This document shows positions 1 through 12,609 of a stretch of DNA of 64,000 nt, piece after piece; positions within the stretch are counted from its first letter, which is position 1; every line of letters starts with the position of its first letter. The stretch spans positions 2,604,001 through 2,668,000 of the forward strand of contig NC_043025.1 of assembly GCF_006345805.1 (NCBI RefSeq), written 5' to 3'. This DNA is from Octopus sinensis. Its lineage: Eukaryota. The notes under the pieces are model-generated. The model worked only from the letters and a program-made list of their open reading frames with translations, was not told the origin of the DNA and did not search any database. The position numbers and the translations under genes are program-made.

Positions 1-5
1 ATATA

Positions 6-78
<73 letters not shown>

Positions 79-241
79 GTTATCGCCATACTAATATGTC
101 ATTCTTATAAAAATAAGAATAAAGCTGTCCGCTTATTAGCTCCATGAGGCCATCGCCTTAAGTTAGCTATTTGATACACAAACTGTATCCATATAACCTT
201 CGAACAAGGGAGGTTAGTCGCTCCACACTACTTGACCGGCA

Positions 242-288
242 GCTACAGACGCGTTTCGGGGTATTGCCCCTTTTCAATGCAGCGTAGC
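242..288 (-). ncRNA. Hammerhead ribozyme, identical inverted copy of 589-635
   Basis: Exact reverse complement of the 589-635 motif. Confidence 0.7.
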
Positions 289-588
289 CAGACCAGTAGG
301 TGTCGCTTCTGACAATCTCTGTTCGAAGGTTTTATTTACCAGCTTCGGTGGAATACATCCACTTGTTTTCAATAATAGAAATATTAAAATTACTAAGTCT
401 TTCTAAAAGAGAACAACGGCAGCGTTTCCGGAAAATAATAGTTATCGCCATACTAATATGGCATTCTTATAAAAATAAGAATAAAGCTGTCCGCTTATTA
501 GCTCCATGAGGCCATGGATGTATTCCACCGAAGCTAGGTAAATAAAACCTTCGAACAGAGATTGTCAGAAGCGACACCTACTGGTCTG

Positions 589-635
589 GCTACGCTGCAT
601 TGAAAAGGGGCAATACCCCGAAACGCGTCTGTAGC
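589..635 (+). ncRNA. Minimal type I hammerhead ribozyme, U3-A8 core variant
   Basis: GCTACGCTGCA-TTGAAAA-GGGG caata CCCC-GAAA-CGCGTC-TGTAGC: 4-bp stem II, GAAA, palindromic ACGCGT stem III, GUC site. Confidence 0.7.
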
Positions 636-859
636 TGCCGGTCAAGTAGTGTGGAGCGACTGACCTCCCTTGTTCGAAGGTTATATGGATACAGTTTGTG
701 TATCAAATAGCTAACTTAAGGTGATGGCCTCATGGAGCTAATAAGCGGACAGCTTTATTCTTATTTTTATAAGAATGCCATATTAGTATGGCGATAACTA
801 TTATTTTCCGGAAACGCTGCCGTTGTTCTCTTTTAGAGAGACTTAGTAATTTTAATATT

Positions 860-919
<60 letters not shown>

Positions 920-999
920 TATATATACATATATATATTTGTAAAAAATGAAGTTCGAAAATGCTGCTATATTATACAATTTTTATTTTTATATATACA

Positions 1000-1045
1000 T
1001 TATAACATGTTTCAGTTCCTGAAATGAACCTTATCAAAAAAAGTT
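1000..1045 (-). ncRNA. Degenerate hammerhead-like motif at the Penelope 3' end
   Basis: Minus strand TTGATAA-GGTTC atttcag GAACT-GAAA-CATGTT: stem II and palindromic ACATGT present, stem I poor. Confidence 0.4.
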
Positions 1046-1380
1046 ATATATAAAAAAAGATAGTTCGTGCTATCAATCACAAGAAAATCATTTATAATAC
1101 ACAACGGTGTCATACATCATAAAGTTCATATATATAGATTTTGAAGTGAGTTCGTTCATGCTATATGTTTAAAGTGCATGATGCAGCGGTTCACGGTGGT
1201 GACATGCATCCAATACAAAAAACAGATCAAATCGGCGATATGTAGTCAATACAAAAAACTGATGTTCCTGAAAGAGAGAGGAATTCATTTTTACCTTGAG
1301 CAACTGTGGTGTTCGCTGGATGATTCTGGCGAATCTTGTGAATTGTTCAGTTTTTATAACACTGGTCAGTCCAGCGTAAC

Positions 1381-1740
1381 GTGATGTCATCAACGTTTTG
1401 ACCAATCGTTTCGTTAGGTGGCTTAGTCAAGCAGAACGGGACGTTATCAACATTCTGACCAATCGTGACCTATCGCTGTATTATAACTGCCTCTTGTCTG
1501 TATTCCTGTTTTGACCAATCGTTTCGTTAGATGGCTTAGTCAAGCAGAACGGGACGTCATCAAAATTCTGACCAATCACGACCTATAGCTGTATTAGATC
1601 TGCCCCTTGTCTGTACCTGTTAGGTGACTAGTCAAGCAGAAAAGGACGTCATCAATATTCTGACTAATCTCTGCCCCTTGTCTGTATCCTGTCCAGTCTA
1701 GCAGAATTAGACGTAATCAACATGTTGACCAATCAGAATC
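1381..1740. promoter_or_regulatory. Degenerate tandem module with repeated CCAAT and CRE/ATF-like motifs in the Penelope 3' region
   Basis: ACCAATC at ~1401, 1459, 1515, 1572, 1728 (variant ACTAATC ~1663); most are preceded at similar spacing by GACGTCATCA-like motifs. Function inferred only. Confidence 0.4.
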
Positions 1741-1928
1741 GGGTCTGACCCTTAGCTGTATCGTACGTGGTCAGTCCATCAGGGTTAGATTTGTACGAAG
1801 AGATCTTTTTATAAATTTTTTTCCCCTTTTTTCCTAAGGCATATTTCCGTCAGTGTGAGTGACTGTTTAAGGTAGCGGCCCTGGTGGAATTTTGCTTCTC
1901 CTTTTCGGAGGACCTATCTTTTGTTTTA

Positions 1929-2399
1929 TTATTCCTGGCCCAGGGTGTTTAAACTTGGTTTAAATTTTTTTATGAAATGCAGTTCTTTATTTTGGCGTTG
2001 CGTGAAGGTTGCGTTGTCACTGAATTTATAGAGCGGGTTAGTTGTAAATTTCGGATTTACATTTCCAGCACATCTATCTATGTGTCCGCTGACCGGTATT
2101 TTCCGGTAATCAGGGTTTCTAATTTGTGATTTATGCACCGCCATCCTGTTACGTAAGCTATTTTTTGTATGGCCTATATACTGCCTATTGCAGCCTGCGC
2201 ATGTTATGACGTAAATTAAGTTTTCTGATGCGCAGGTGAAGTTTTTTCTAACGGTGAACTGGTGGCCTTGTTCCAGTATAAATTCTGATCCTTCTTTCAA
2301 GATGTCGCAGATTCCGCAGTTGGGCCTTCCACATTTTCTAACTGCTGGTTTTGTGGTTGATGTTGAGTGCAGTGTAGCTTGGGTTAAGATCCTTTTCAA
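1929..2399 (-). pseudogene. GIY-YIG endonuclease domain of the Penelope-like element
   Basis: CGRPNCGIC linker, then FTCASENLIYVITCAGCNRQYIGHTKNSLRNRMAVHKSQI, a typical Penelope GIY-YIG signature. Confidence 0.9.
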
Positions 2400-2667
2400 G
2401 GATTTTGGTTGCCGTTTACTTTTAATGATGGTGTGTTTCGAGGATCCGGTTCATCTTTGGGTCTCCCTTAAGTAGGGCTGTGCTTTGTAGTATGGTGTTG
2501 AAGGCCTCATTGTTGAGTGGGTTGTGTGTAGAGATGTAGGGAAGGGTTTTTAATTGTTCTTTCTTTTTTGGTTTTGTTTGTCTAGGTCTTCTATACTTAA
2601 TTTAAGTACCCGTTGGATTGCACTGTCTATTAGGGGCTGTGGATAATTTCTATTTGTGAGTGTGGTT

Positions 2668-4222
2668 CTAAGTTCCTGGAGACGTGTGTGTCGGGTGTTT
2701 GTGTCTGATATTATGGATGCAAATCCTTCTAGCTAAACAAAAAGTGACATTCATTCTAGTGTGTCGTGGGTGGCATGAATCAAAGGGTAGGTACTGTTTG
2801 GAGTCTGTCGGTTTATAGTAGATATCTGTCTCTATTTTGTTGCCGGTTTTCTTAATGAGGATGTCTAAAAATGGTAATTCGTTATCGTTGTGGTCCATCG
2901 TGAATTGTATATTGTCATTTATTCCATTTAATAGTATTTTAAATTCCTCAAGTTTCTCTATACCTTTGTCCCAGATGATGAAACAGTCATCGAGGTATCT
3001 TTTCCAGTTGTTATGGATTTAGGTGGCGAAGGTGTTTCCATATTTCTCGAGTGTTATCCGGTAGAGTATTTTCTCGAGGTATCCCATCACTAGGTTGGCA
3101 AAAGATGGTGCAGTACGCGTGCCCATCGCTGTTCCCGATCTTTGTCTGTAGAAATCATTGTCAAAAATAAAATAATTGTTCTCTAAAATAAATCTAAGTC
3201 CTTCTATTATAAGGACTTTGTTTATGCGAGTTGGGAGTTCAAAGGGGTAGTTATTCAGCCAGAAGGTGATCGCTTCTATTCCTAGGTTGTGGGGGGATGT
3301 TAGAATAAAGATTAACTACGTCGAATGATACTAGAAGGGTTTTCTCATTGACTGTTTTAGGGAGGTGGTTGAGCATATCTATATCGTCTCTTACGTAGCT
3401 TTTGATGTGTTTTAGGAAAGGTTTAAGAAGTGTGTCTAAGAAATTGCTGAGGCGGTGGGTTTCACATGCTGGCCCTGCTATTATCGGTCTTAGTTTAAGA
3501 TCATTTGGTGAAGGGATTTTGATGAGTATGTCGGTGGATGTTTTGCACGTTTCTCTAATTATTTGGCTTTTGTGTACCTTAGGGATACCATAGAAGAAAC
3601 TCGATTTGCATTTGAAGTTAGTGATGTATTCATACTCCTTGTTCGTGAGTCCTTCTTGGTATGTGTTGATTAATGTCCTAAGGTTATGCATTATTTTTTG
3701 CTGATTATACTGTTGGGCCCTTTCATAATACGTTTCATCTCTTAATAGGGATAGCACTAAATTTTTATAATCGTTTGTATTCATTATTACTATCGCGTTG
3801 CCCTTATCTGCCTCCTTAATTGTTATTGTTTTGTCTTCTCTTAGTTTGATGAGGTCGTTCCATTCTCTTTTGTTGAAGTTAGGGCTGTGTTTTTGTTTCT
3901 TGATGAATTGAAACGGGAAATTAGTTATGTAGTCACAATAGCGGTCTAAGGCTTTATTCTTTCCCTTGGTGGGGGTGTAATTGCTCTTGTTTCTAGCTAT
4001 TGAGTCCTCCTCTATTTGTTTGTCTTGAAATGCCTCGGTGAGTCTTAGTTTTCTGCAAAATTCCGAAATATCATCTTTCATTTCATAGTAATTAGAACGT
4101 TGTGGGGTAGGTGTAAATTTAAGTCCTTTGGAGAGTATGCTTATTTCGTTAGGTGTAAGTTCTTTGTTTGAGAGATTGATTATCTTAATTACCTGAGGTT
4201 TCTTTTGTTTGTCTTTTGCCAT
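2668..4222 (-). pseudogene. Penelope-type reverse transcriptase, disrupted
   Basis: Motifs IKEADKGNAIVIM, FYGIPKVHK, LRPIIAGP, LVSFDVVNLYSNIP, QKIGTAMGT, WKRYLDDCFII, LPFLDILI, split over several frames. Confidence 0.9.
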
Positions 4223-4559
4223 CGTGTGTCCCTGTTCCTGTGTGTAAGGTCTAAAAAATGGTTGGTGTAGTTATGTTCAAAACTACTATTTATCTGTCTC
4301 ATGTTGTTATAATTGTCAGAGTGAGTTTGTGGTGCTCTGTTCTGGAGTGTGTTGTTGTACCTAGTGTTCCGTCTTAGTTCATCAGGTATATTGTGTTGGT
4401 AGTTGTTTCCTCCGTAGTGCATTTGTTGTTTATTATGTTTGTATGGTTGGTTCCTGGGGTGGATGTTTGGTAGTAGCGTTTTGATTTGGTTATGTGGATT
4501 GTATTTCATAGTATTGTATGTTGTGGCTCTTGGGTTCGTGGAATGGTGTGGTGGGACCC

Positions 4560-4800
4560 TGTAAGTGTTTTGGAGTTGGTGTAGGTAGTGTGGGGTGCGT
4601 TTTAAATGTATTTTACTGGTGTAGAGTGTGTTTGGATTTCTTGGTGGTTGTTCTGCTCTATTGGTATGTCTATTTTCGAACTGGTGTGGTGAGGCTCTGT
4701 ATGTGTTTTGGGGTTGGTGTAGGTAGTGTGGGGTGTGTTTTAGGTGTACTTTTCTGGTGTAGAGTGTGTTAGGATTTCTTGGTGGTTGTTCCGTTCTGTT
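4560..4800 (-). repeat. 135-bp (45-aa) tandem duplication within the Penelope N-terminal ORF
   Basis: EQPPRNPNTLYT..HLK.TPHYLHQ.QNTYR occurs twice in the 4189-5334 translation. Confidence 0.8.
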
Positions 4801-5264
4801 GGTATTTGGTTTTGATTTACTTAATTTTATGAAGGGGTTGTTGGATATGTATTCATTTTTGAAGTTGGTTTCATAATCTAAAAACCAGATGGCGCTCTTT
4901 TCCCATCGTTGGAGGGACTTGAGTTCCTTTTTATTACATTCTTCATTCCATAGTGCTGGTAATGTTTCAGTATTGATGTCGTCTATTAGTTTGATGACTT
5001 CTTCGTTGATTTCCTCGTCTATGGTTTTAACTTTTTCTTCATTCGTCTTAGCTCTCAGCTTGAGTAGTTCTATTTCCATCTTCATTTTTTCTAATGACAT
5101 TTTTTCTATAAGTTTTCTTTGTTCTTCTGGTTCTTCCGAGATGGGCTTGATTTGTAATTTACGGGGTATGACTAGGAGTGTTGAGTCTAGCCATTTTTGG
5201 TAAATCTCAGCTTTATTCTGATTTTGTATCATTTTCCAAAAAGCGAATTTTCTGTTTCGCTGTA

Positions 5265-5315
<51 letters not shown>

Positions 5316-5323
5316 ATATATAT

Positions 5324-7181
5324 ATGGATCTCATCCATAATGTGAAAGTGAAACCGACACTACTCTCGGATCACAACATGTTAGATCTGACCATGTACGG
5401 GCCAAATGAAAGCATGGACATGCAGCCTACAAGAAACTCTGAGAATCTTTCCAGCTTGAACTTCCATAAGGCAAACTGGAAACAAATTGAGAAAGAGATC
5501 CTCAAACAAAACTGGCTTGAATGTCTCTCCTCGCTTGACATCGACGTGAAACTTCAATAATTCATGTCTGTAATGCAAGCCATATGCTACAAATGTGTCC
5601 CAGAGAGAAAGGCCACTGTGCACAAGAACCAAATCCCCAGAGAGCGGAAAATGTTAATGAGACGGCGCACAAAAATTTCAAATCGCCTAAACAAACAAAT
5701 TGAAAGCAGTGAAAAGTACCGCCTGAAAATAAAACTGTTGGAAATTGAAAAATGTCTGCAACTCTCCCATGAAAAGGAAAGAGCAGACAAAGAAGCCTGG
5801 GCTATAGACAACATAAAACCTAACCCCAGAGATTTCTACAAGTATGCCAAAGAAACAGCTACGGTGCATTGTAGGATAGGGCCACTCCTTGAAAAGGATG
5901 GCACACTCACAGGAAATCCAATGAGGGTAAGTGAAATACTGAATGAGCAATTCATGGAATGATATGTCACAAACTGCGTGATCTTAGCATAGTTGGAAAA
6001 CTGGGAGAATGGCTTCATGACTTTCTGAAGGATAGAAGTCAGGTGGTAGTAGCCAATTGGGCCACTTCCATTAACACGCAAATAGTGAGCGGTGTTCCGC
6101 AGGGCACTGTTTTGGGACCACTACTTTTCATAATGGCCCTCTCAGACATGCCCTCAGCCACGCAGAGAGCCACGATCACAAGTTATGCAGATGATACAAA
6201 AGTTTCACAGGCAATACAGAACCCTGAAGACACTAAACGCCTGCAATGTGAGCTGGACGAAATATACAAGTGGGCTGAAAAGAATAGCATGCAGTTCAAT
6301 GCTGAAAAGTTTCAAGCTTTATGCTATCAGCATGCAAAACTAAATGCAATACCCAATGAATACACTGGACCCGGAGGAATTGCAATCCCAGGGGCACAAT
6401 CAGTGCGTGACCTGGGTGTTTACATGAGTGATGATGCAACCTTCCGTGTACATGTTGCTAAATTGGCAATGAAATGTAGACGACTGGCCGGATTGATTCT
6501 TAGAACCTTCAGAACAAGAGTACAAGAAACCATGATGGTCCTCTGGAGGACACTTGTCCTAAGCCACTTTGACTATTGCACTCAGCTATGGTCACCATCC
6601 AGTTGATCACAGAACTTGAGGCGATCCAACGTAGCTACACGAAGAAGATAGACTCTGTGCAGCATATAAGCAACTGGGAAAGACTCACGAGATTAAAACT
6701 CTATTCCTTGGAGCGTAGGCGAGAAAGATATGCCATAATATACATCTGCAAGTTTCTGGAAGGACTTGTCCCAAACTTTGGCATCGAGAGTTACACAAAT
6801 GCCAGAACTGGGCGCCACTGCGTGGTGCCAAGGACTCCAACTTTGCCATCAAGATGTAGGACAAGATACTATGATAGCCTGGGCTTCCGAGGCCCACAGC
6901 TCTTCAATATCCTCTCGAAGAACCTAAGAGACCTGCATGGGGTGGATGCAGATGTCTTTAAAATGAAACTGGATCTCTTCTTGTCAGGTATCCCAAATGA
7001 ACCAACTTCACGGCAGGAGGTGCAGATGAGGGCAGCTGCATCGAACTCTCTCATGCACCAAATGGCAGTTGCTAAAAAGCATTCGTGAAGTAAACCATAT
7101 AGCAACACCAAATGGCGGTGACCCAGCAAGGCCACAGCTCGTGAGCTGAAACTAGATAAAATAAAATAAAGTAAAATAAAA
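5324..7181 (+). mobile_element. CR1/L2-group LINE, 5'-truncated, internally deleted pseudocopy (copy 1)
   Basis: End of APE domain (LSDHNML), RT motifs GVPQGTVLGPLLF and SYADDTK, C-terminal SLGFRGPQLFN, (TAAAA)n tail. About 575 bp missing at ~5955 relative to the 12.6-16.3 kb copy. Confidence 0.85.
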
Positions 7182-7304
7182 TATATATATACATATATAT
7201 ATATTACATATATATATATATACATATATTATAGATATATATACATACACATATATATATATAATATATATATTATATATATATACTACATATCTATATA
7301 TGAC

Positions 7305-7386
<82 letters not shown>

Positions 7387-7437
7387 CATATATATATACA
7401 CATATATATATATATATAATATATATATATATAATAT

Positions 7438-8953
7438 TTGAAAGAGGGGGTAATATGCCCTATCCATAAGGGAGGTAGCAGAGCAGATGCTAAAAATTAT
7501 AGGCCTATCTCTCTGACCTCACAAATCAGCAAAGTCATGGAACGAATAGTCCGTAAGAACTAATCATGTTCCTTGAAGAAAATGACTTGCTGTCTGACAC
7601 CCAGCATGGATTTCGACCAGGTAGAGGCTGCCTAACACAGCTCCGGCAACACTATGACTGGGTGTGTGAAACACTACTAAATGGCTCAAATGTGGATGTA
7701 ATATATCTCGACTTTGCAAAGGCCTTTGATAAGATCGACCATGGTATGATCTGTCACAAACTGCGTGGTCTCGGCATAGGCGGAAAACTTGGAGAGTGGC
7801 TGCAGAACTTCCTAAAAGACAGAAAACAGGCAGTTGTGAGCAATGGAGCCACCTCCAAGGAAACGCAAATAACAAGCGCTGTCCCACAGGGCACTGTCTT
7901 GGGGCCACTGATGTTCATAGTTGCCCTTTCAAACATGCCTTCAGTTACTACGATGACCTAGCTATGCAGATGACACAAAAGTCTCCCACGCAATACAAAA
8001 CCCTGAAAATATTGCGCATCTGCAACAGGAGCTGGACACAATATACAGGTGGGCTGAGGACAACAACATGCAGTTTAATGCAGGTAAGTTCCAGGCCCTA
8101 CCCTACTGGCACACAAAGGTAAACGACGTGCAGACTGGATACACTGGCCAAGGAAGAATTGCAATCCCTGAGTTAAAATCAATGCGTGACCTGGACATTG
8201 ACATGAGCAATGATGCATCTTTCCAAGTGCATATTGCTAATCTGGTGATAAAATGCAGACGGCTAGCTGGATGGATTCTCCGAACTTTCAGAACAAGAGA
8301 GAAGGAGACACTGATGGTCCTATGGAAAACATTCGTCCTCAGCCGCTTGGACTACTGCTCCCAACTGTGGTCACCACACAATATAAAACTAACAGCAGAA
8401 CTCGAAGCAATTCAGAGAAGCTACACAAAGAAAATCCTCTCAATGCAACATATCAGCTACTGGGAAAGACTGAAGGTATTAAACCTCTTCTCCCCAGAGC
8501 GGAGGTGGGAGAGATATGCGGTGATATACATCTGGAATATCCTGGAGGGTCTTGTCCCAAACTTTAGCATTCAAAGTTTCCACAACCGCAGAACGGGGCG
8601 CCACTGCATGGTGCCAAGGATTCCAACATCACCATCAAAATACAGGTCCAGATACTGCAACAGCTTGGGTTTCAGAGGACCACAGCTCTTTAACAACCTC
8701 CCTAAATGCCTGAGAGACTTACATGGTGTGTAGATGTGGTTTCTTTAAAACTAAACTGGATCTCTTCTTGTTGGGAGTCCAGATGAACCTACCTCACGAC
8801 AGGAGACGCGGATGCGGGCAGCAGCATCGAACTCCCTTGTTGATCAAGTGCCACGTATCAGAGTGGATTCACAAATTAGTGTAGCTCATTCAGCGGTGGT
8901 GCCCCAGCATGGCCGCGGCCTTCGGCTAAGACATTTTTAACGATATAAGGATT

Positions 8954-8956
<3 letters not shown>
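7438..8956 (+). mobile_element. CR1/L2-group LINE, 5'-truncated (copy 2)
   Basis: NYRPISL, HGFRPGR, YLDFAKAFDKIDH, PQGTVLGP, frameshifted YADD; near-identical to the reverse complement of ~12606-14125; (TA)n on both sides. Confidence 0.9.
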
Positions 8957-9004
<48 letters not shown>

Positions 9005-9032
9005 GTATACTATATATATATACATACATATA

Positions 9033-9666
9033 CCAATTAAGGACTGAACACGAAAAGTGGACAGTCAACATTTTATATAAAATTAATTAAAGGTAGAAAT
9101 TGATGTTAGTCAATTATAACCAGTGGTCTAGCATATTAAAAAGAATCCGAAGATTAATATCAATTTCTACCCTTAATTAATTTTATATAAAATATATGAT
9201 CTTTAACCGATAAATTGACTGGATTTTCGGGTCCCAGCGCGCCAAAGTAAAGGCATTTGAAAGATACATTCGAAATTAATTGGTTCTACTTTATGCATGC
9301 GACATACCGGTATCGTTTTTTGCATCTAGTCCAGCAAATTATGTTCATAACAGACCATGCTGACGAAGTTACAGATATCCTTGCGGATATTAATAACTGG
9401 AACTGATCGGTACATGGGTAATTATTTCATTTCGTATATTTTCATTTGTCTTATATATTGCTTTGGTTTTGTGCTGAGTTTTATTTGAGAACATAATCTT
9501 TGTGGAGAATGGCGATTTGACGTCTATATCTAGCATGTTGACTGTCCACTTTTCGTGTTCAGTCCTTAATTGGGATATATAAATATTTTAATCTTCGGAT
9601 TCTTTTTAATATGCTAGACCACTGGTTTTAATTGACTAATATCAATTTCTACCCTTAATTAATTTT
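9033..9666. mobile_element. (TA)n-bounded non-coding element with interleaved inverted repeats and a hammerhead motif
   Basis: 39-bp perfect IR 9033-9071 / 9535-9573; ~80-bp IR ~9080-9160 / ~9586-9666. Confidence 0.65.
9354..9417 (+). ncRNA. Type I hammerhead-like motif with slightly decayed core
   Basis: CCATG-CTGACGA-AGTTA..ATATCC ttgc GGATAT..TAACT-GGAA-CTGATCGGT-A-CATGG: stems I, II and III all pair; GAAA is mutated to GGAA. Confidence 0.55.
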
Positions 9667-9678
9667 ATATATATATAC

Positions 9679-9739
<61 letters not shown>

Positions 9740-9808
9740 TATACATATATATATATATATACATATATATACATATATATATACATATATATACATATAT
9801 ATATATAC

Positions 9809-9890
<82 letters not shown>

Positions 9891-9923
9891 ATATACATAT
9901 ATATCATATATATACATATATAC

Positions 9924-9974
<51 letters not shown>

Positions 9975-9978
<4 letters not shown>

Positions 9979-10832
9979 TAAACAGTAAAAATAATTACAG
10001 ACATGGACAAGAACATGAAACACCACAGAGACGACACAAGAACCACAGGACGGGACATTCGAAGCCCTCAGTCATCAGTCAAGAACCAGATCATCTTAGC
10101 AATTTCGGCTGATTAATCTTGAGATTGCTCCGATATGGCCAGCCCGCCAAGGGAAATCTAAGCCAAGCGCATTAGATCCCCTGGAAGAAAGCTTCGAATG
10201 TATACAACGAAAGGACGGAAAACGAACGAAGTACACAAACAAAAATACAGAATACGTGACACCAATAAGAATACAAAAACGTAAAAACAATAACGGTAAA
10301 AATAAAAAATAAACAACAAAACAAAACCAGGACGTAGGACAAGGGTCTTTCGACAGGACGAGTTGAGTATGGGGCTGGCTTGTGAAGTTGTGCCTAATGG
10401 CCACGGGGAGACGAACAAATACGTGTTGCTTCTGCGACTGCTGAAAACGAAAAGAGCGCTCAACAGCGGCTAGCGGTCACGTGAGAACAAAAGACAGGAG
10501 AAAGGGACAGATGAAAAGAGAGAGAAGGTGGACGAGGGAGGAGAAGAAAGAGACAGATCGAGGGGGCTGTGAGGTGAGAGAGATAGAGAAACGTAGAAGG
10601 GGGGGAGACGGATGGAGAGGGAAAGAAAGGAGGGGAATAAGGGAGGAGAGAGAGAGAGAAAAAGAGACAGATTAAGAGTCGTATCAATGCTAGAGAAAAA
10701 ATATACTTATCGTATAAGGACAATTGTGGATACGTAGCCGCCGATTATATAGGTAAACAGTAAAAATAATTACAGACATGGACAAGAACATGAAACACCA
10801 CAGAGACGACACAAGAACCACAGGACGGGACA
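9975..10832. mobile_element. (TA)n-bounded non-coding element with 83-bp direct terminal repeat (probable Penelope-type terminal-repeat derivative)
   Basis: TAGGTAAACAG...GGACGGGACA at 9975-10057 and 10750-10832 (period 775 bp); internal GA-rich tract; no credible ORF. Confidence 0.55.
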
Positions 10833-10844
10833 TATATGTTTGTT

Positions 10845-11683
10845 GAAATGGAAAGATGAATTTTCTTGTTACGGATTATTCAAAAGTTTAACCGATACCT
10901 GGGTAGCAAATATCACAGCAGAAAAAACGGTTGGAGATAAGACCATATGGTGTTGCAACCGTGCGTTGGTGCGGATAATTGAAGTTTAATATAATTAGTG
11001 AATGGAAGAAATGGAGTTGAACGAAGATTGTACAGAATTCCTTTTATTACATTCTACACATGTTTCAAAGGCCACAATTTTCCAAATTCTGATTAAATAA
11101 GGATACCATATTGCAGCTTTCTCTTCAGGAAAAACCAGGAATTACGTTGTCAGAACAAAACAAAACAGAGGCGCAGCAAAGCAATTCGAACGAGGACGTT
11201 CCTTAAGAGCCCATGGGTAAACTGTTTATCAATGTACGTTGAAATCGGGGGGTTGGTGGGGGTCGACAAAAGGTCCGTTGGAATAAATCCAGGTCAGGCC
11301 GCGGTCAAATCTAGTAGGTGAGGAATTAATGAGAACAAGGGGTGTGGAGATGCTCTGTGTGACCAAAACTAACGTTCTGAATATTTTAAGAATACAGGGT
11401 ATATTTTTTGTCGGCCCCCACCAACCCCCCGATTTCAACGTACATTGATAAACAGTTTACCCATGGGCTCTTAAGGAACGTCCTCGTTCGAATTGCTTTG
11501 CTGCGCCTCTGTTTTGTTTTGTTCTGACAACGTAATTCCTGGTTTTTCCTGAAGAGAAAGCTGCAATATGGTATTCTTATTTAATCAGAATTTGGAAAAT
11601 TGTGGCCTTTGAAACATGTGTAGAATGTAATAAAAGGAATTCTGTACAACCTTCGTTCAACTCCATTTCTTCCATTCACTAAT

Positions 11684-11685
<2 letters not shown>
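10845..11685. mobile_element. Palindromic remnant of the 49.4-50.9 kb element family, with paired hammerheads
   Basis: Arms ~10990-11270 and ~11405-11685 are near-perfect reverse complements; 10990-11400 matches 49435-49800; 10845-10950 matches the reverse complement of ~50790-50890. Confidence 0.75.
11534..11643 (+). ncRNA. Type I hammerhead ribozyme with long stem II (inverted copy at ~11036-11145, minus strand)
   Basis: TTC-CTGAAGA-GAAAGCTGCAAT..ATTGTGGCCTTT-GAAA-CATGTGT-A-GAA: canonical core, GUA site after 11622, distal AATTCC/GGAATT pairing. Confidence 0.7.
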
Positions 11686-11736
<51 letters not shown>

Positions 11737-11813
11737 GTGTATATATATATATATGTATATATGTCTATATATGTATATATATGAATATATATATATATAT
11801 ATATATGTATATG

Positions 11814-11891
<78 letters not shown>

Positions 11892-11899
11892 ATATATAT

Positions 11900-12445
11900 A
11901 TTTCTTAGATTTTCTATGTTAAAATATCTTCAAGATTTCATTGTGCCATATATTTACTCTTTGTATATTTTTCCCTCACGGGCTATTCTTTACTGGAAAG
12001 CAAACTCTAGTATTGCATTACTAATTTATTCACCGTTCTCGTGCTGTTAGCGTTTCGGCGTTTCAGTCGAGTTTAATGGCATTAATGTGGTAACATCTGA
12101 AATTTTGTTGTGGTATATGTTTGGCTGATGAAGATAGATCAATTTATGGGTGCAGACATATCTTGAAAAATCTGAAACCTGCGCAGGTCCCACATTATCC
12201 TTTTCCAGGTATTTCGTCTTTCAGATGTTCTCCCTGGAGGTAAGACAATTTTTTCTAGTTTGTTGCACACACGCACCTTTGCTAGTACATACGCGGTGAA
12301 GCTATACATTAGCGTCGTATTGTTACGTTCGCTATTTCCAGTAAATATCGGTACTTCGTTGTGCCATATATTTACTCTTTGTATATTTTCCCTCACGGGC
12401 TATTCTTTACTAGAAAGCAATGCTCTAGTATTGCATTACTAATTT
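11900..12445 (+). mobile_element. (TA)n-bounded ~1.2x tandem unit (period ~418 bp) with one hammerhead; retrozyme-like
   Basis: ~86-bp direct repeat 11941-12026 / 12359-12445 brackets the hammerhead at 12113-12200. Confidence 0.65.
12113..12200 (+). ncRNA. Canonical type I hammerhead ribozyme
   Basis: ATGTTTGG-CTGATGA-AGAT..ATCT-GAAA-CCTGCGCAGGT-C-CCACAT: full core, perfect 12-nt palindrome ACCTGCGCAGGT as stem III, GUC site at 12189. Confidence 0.8.
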
Positions 12446-12523
12446 ATATATACATATATATACATATATATACATATATATACATATATATATATATACA
12501 TATATATATACATATATATATAC

Positions 12524-12605
<82 letters not shown>

Positions 12606-12609
<4 letters not shown>

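Larger units (their letters stand above)
74..864. mobile_element. (TA)n-bounded non-coding Penelope-type terminal-repeat/retrozyme-like unit: partial tandem copy followed by an inverted copy
   Basis: 74-360 is the reverse complement of 516-803; ~375-515 is the reverse complement of ~724-864; 74-153 recurs directly at 436-515. (TA)n on both sides; each arm has a hammerhead motif. Confidence 0.75.
960..5265 (-). mobile_element. Penelope-like retroelement, near full length, frameshifted
   Basis: Long N-terminal ORF (4189-5265), RT pieces (3251-4222, ~2900-3250, 2668-2898), GIY-YIG ORF (1929-2399) and a 3' non-coding region; (TA)n at both ends. Confidence 0.9.

Noticed and set aside
7152-7436. 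ORFs of I/Y/M/C/V residues here and at many other (TA)n or (TG)n tracts
   Set aside because: Translations of microsatellites.
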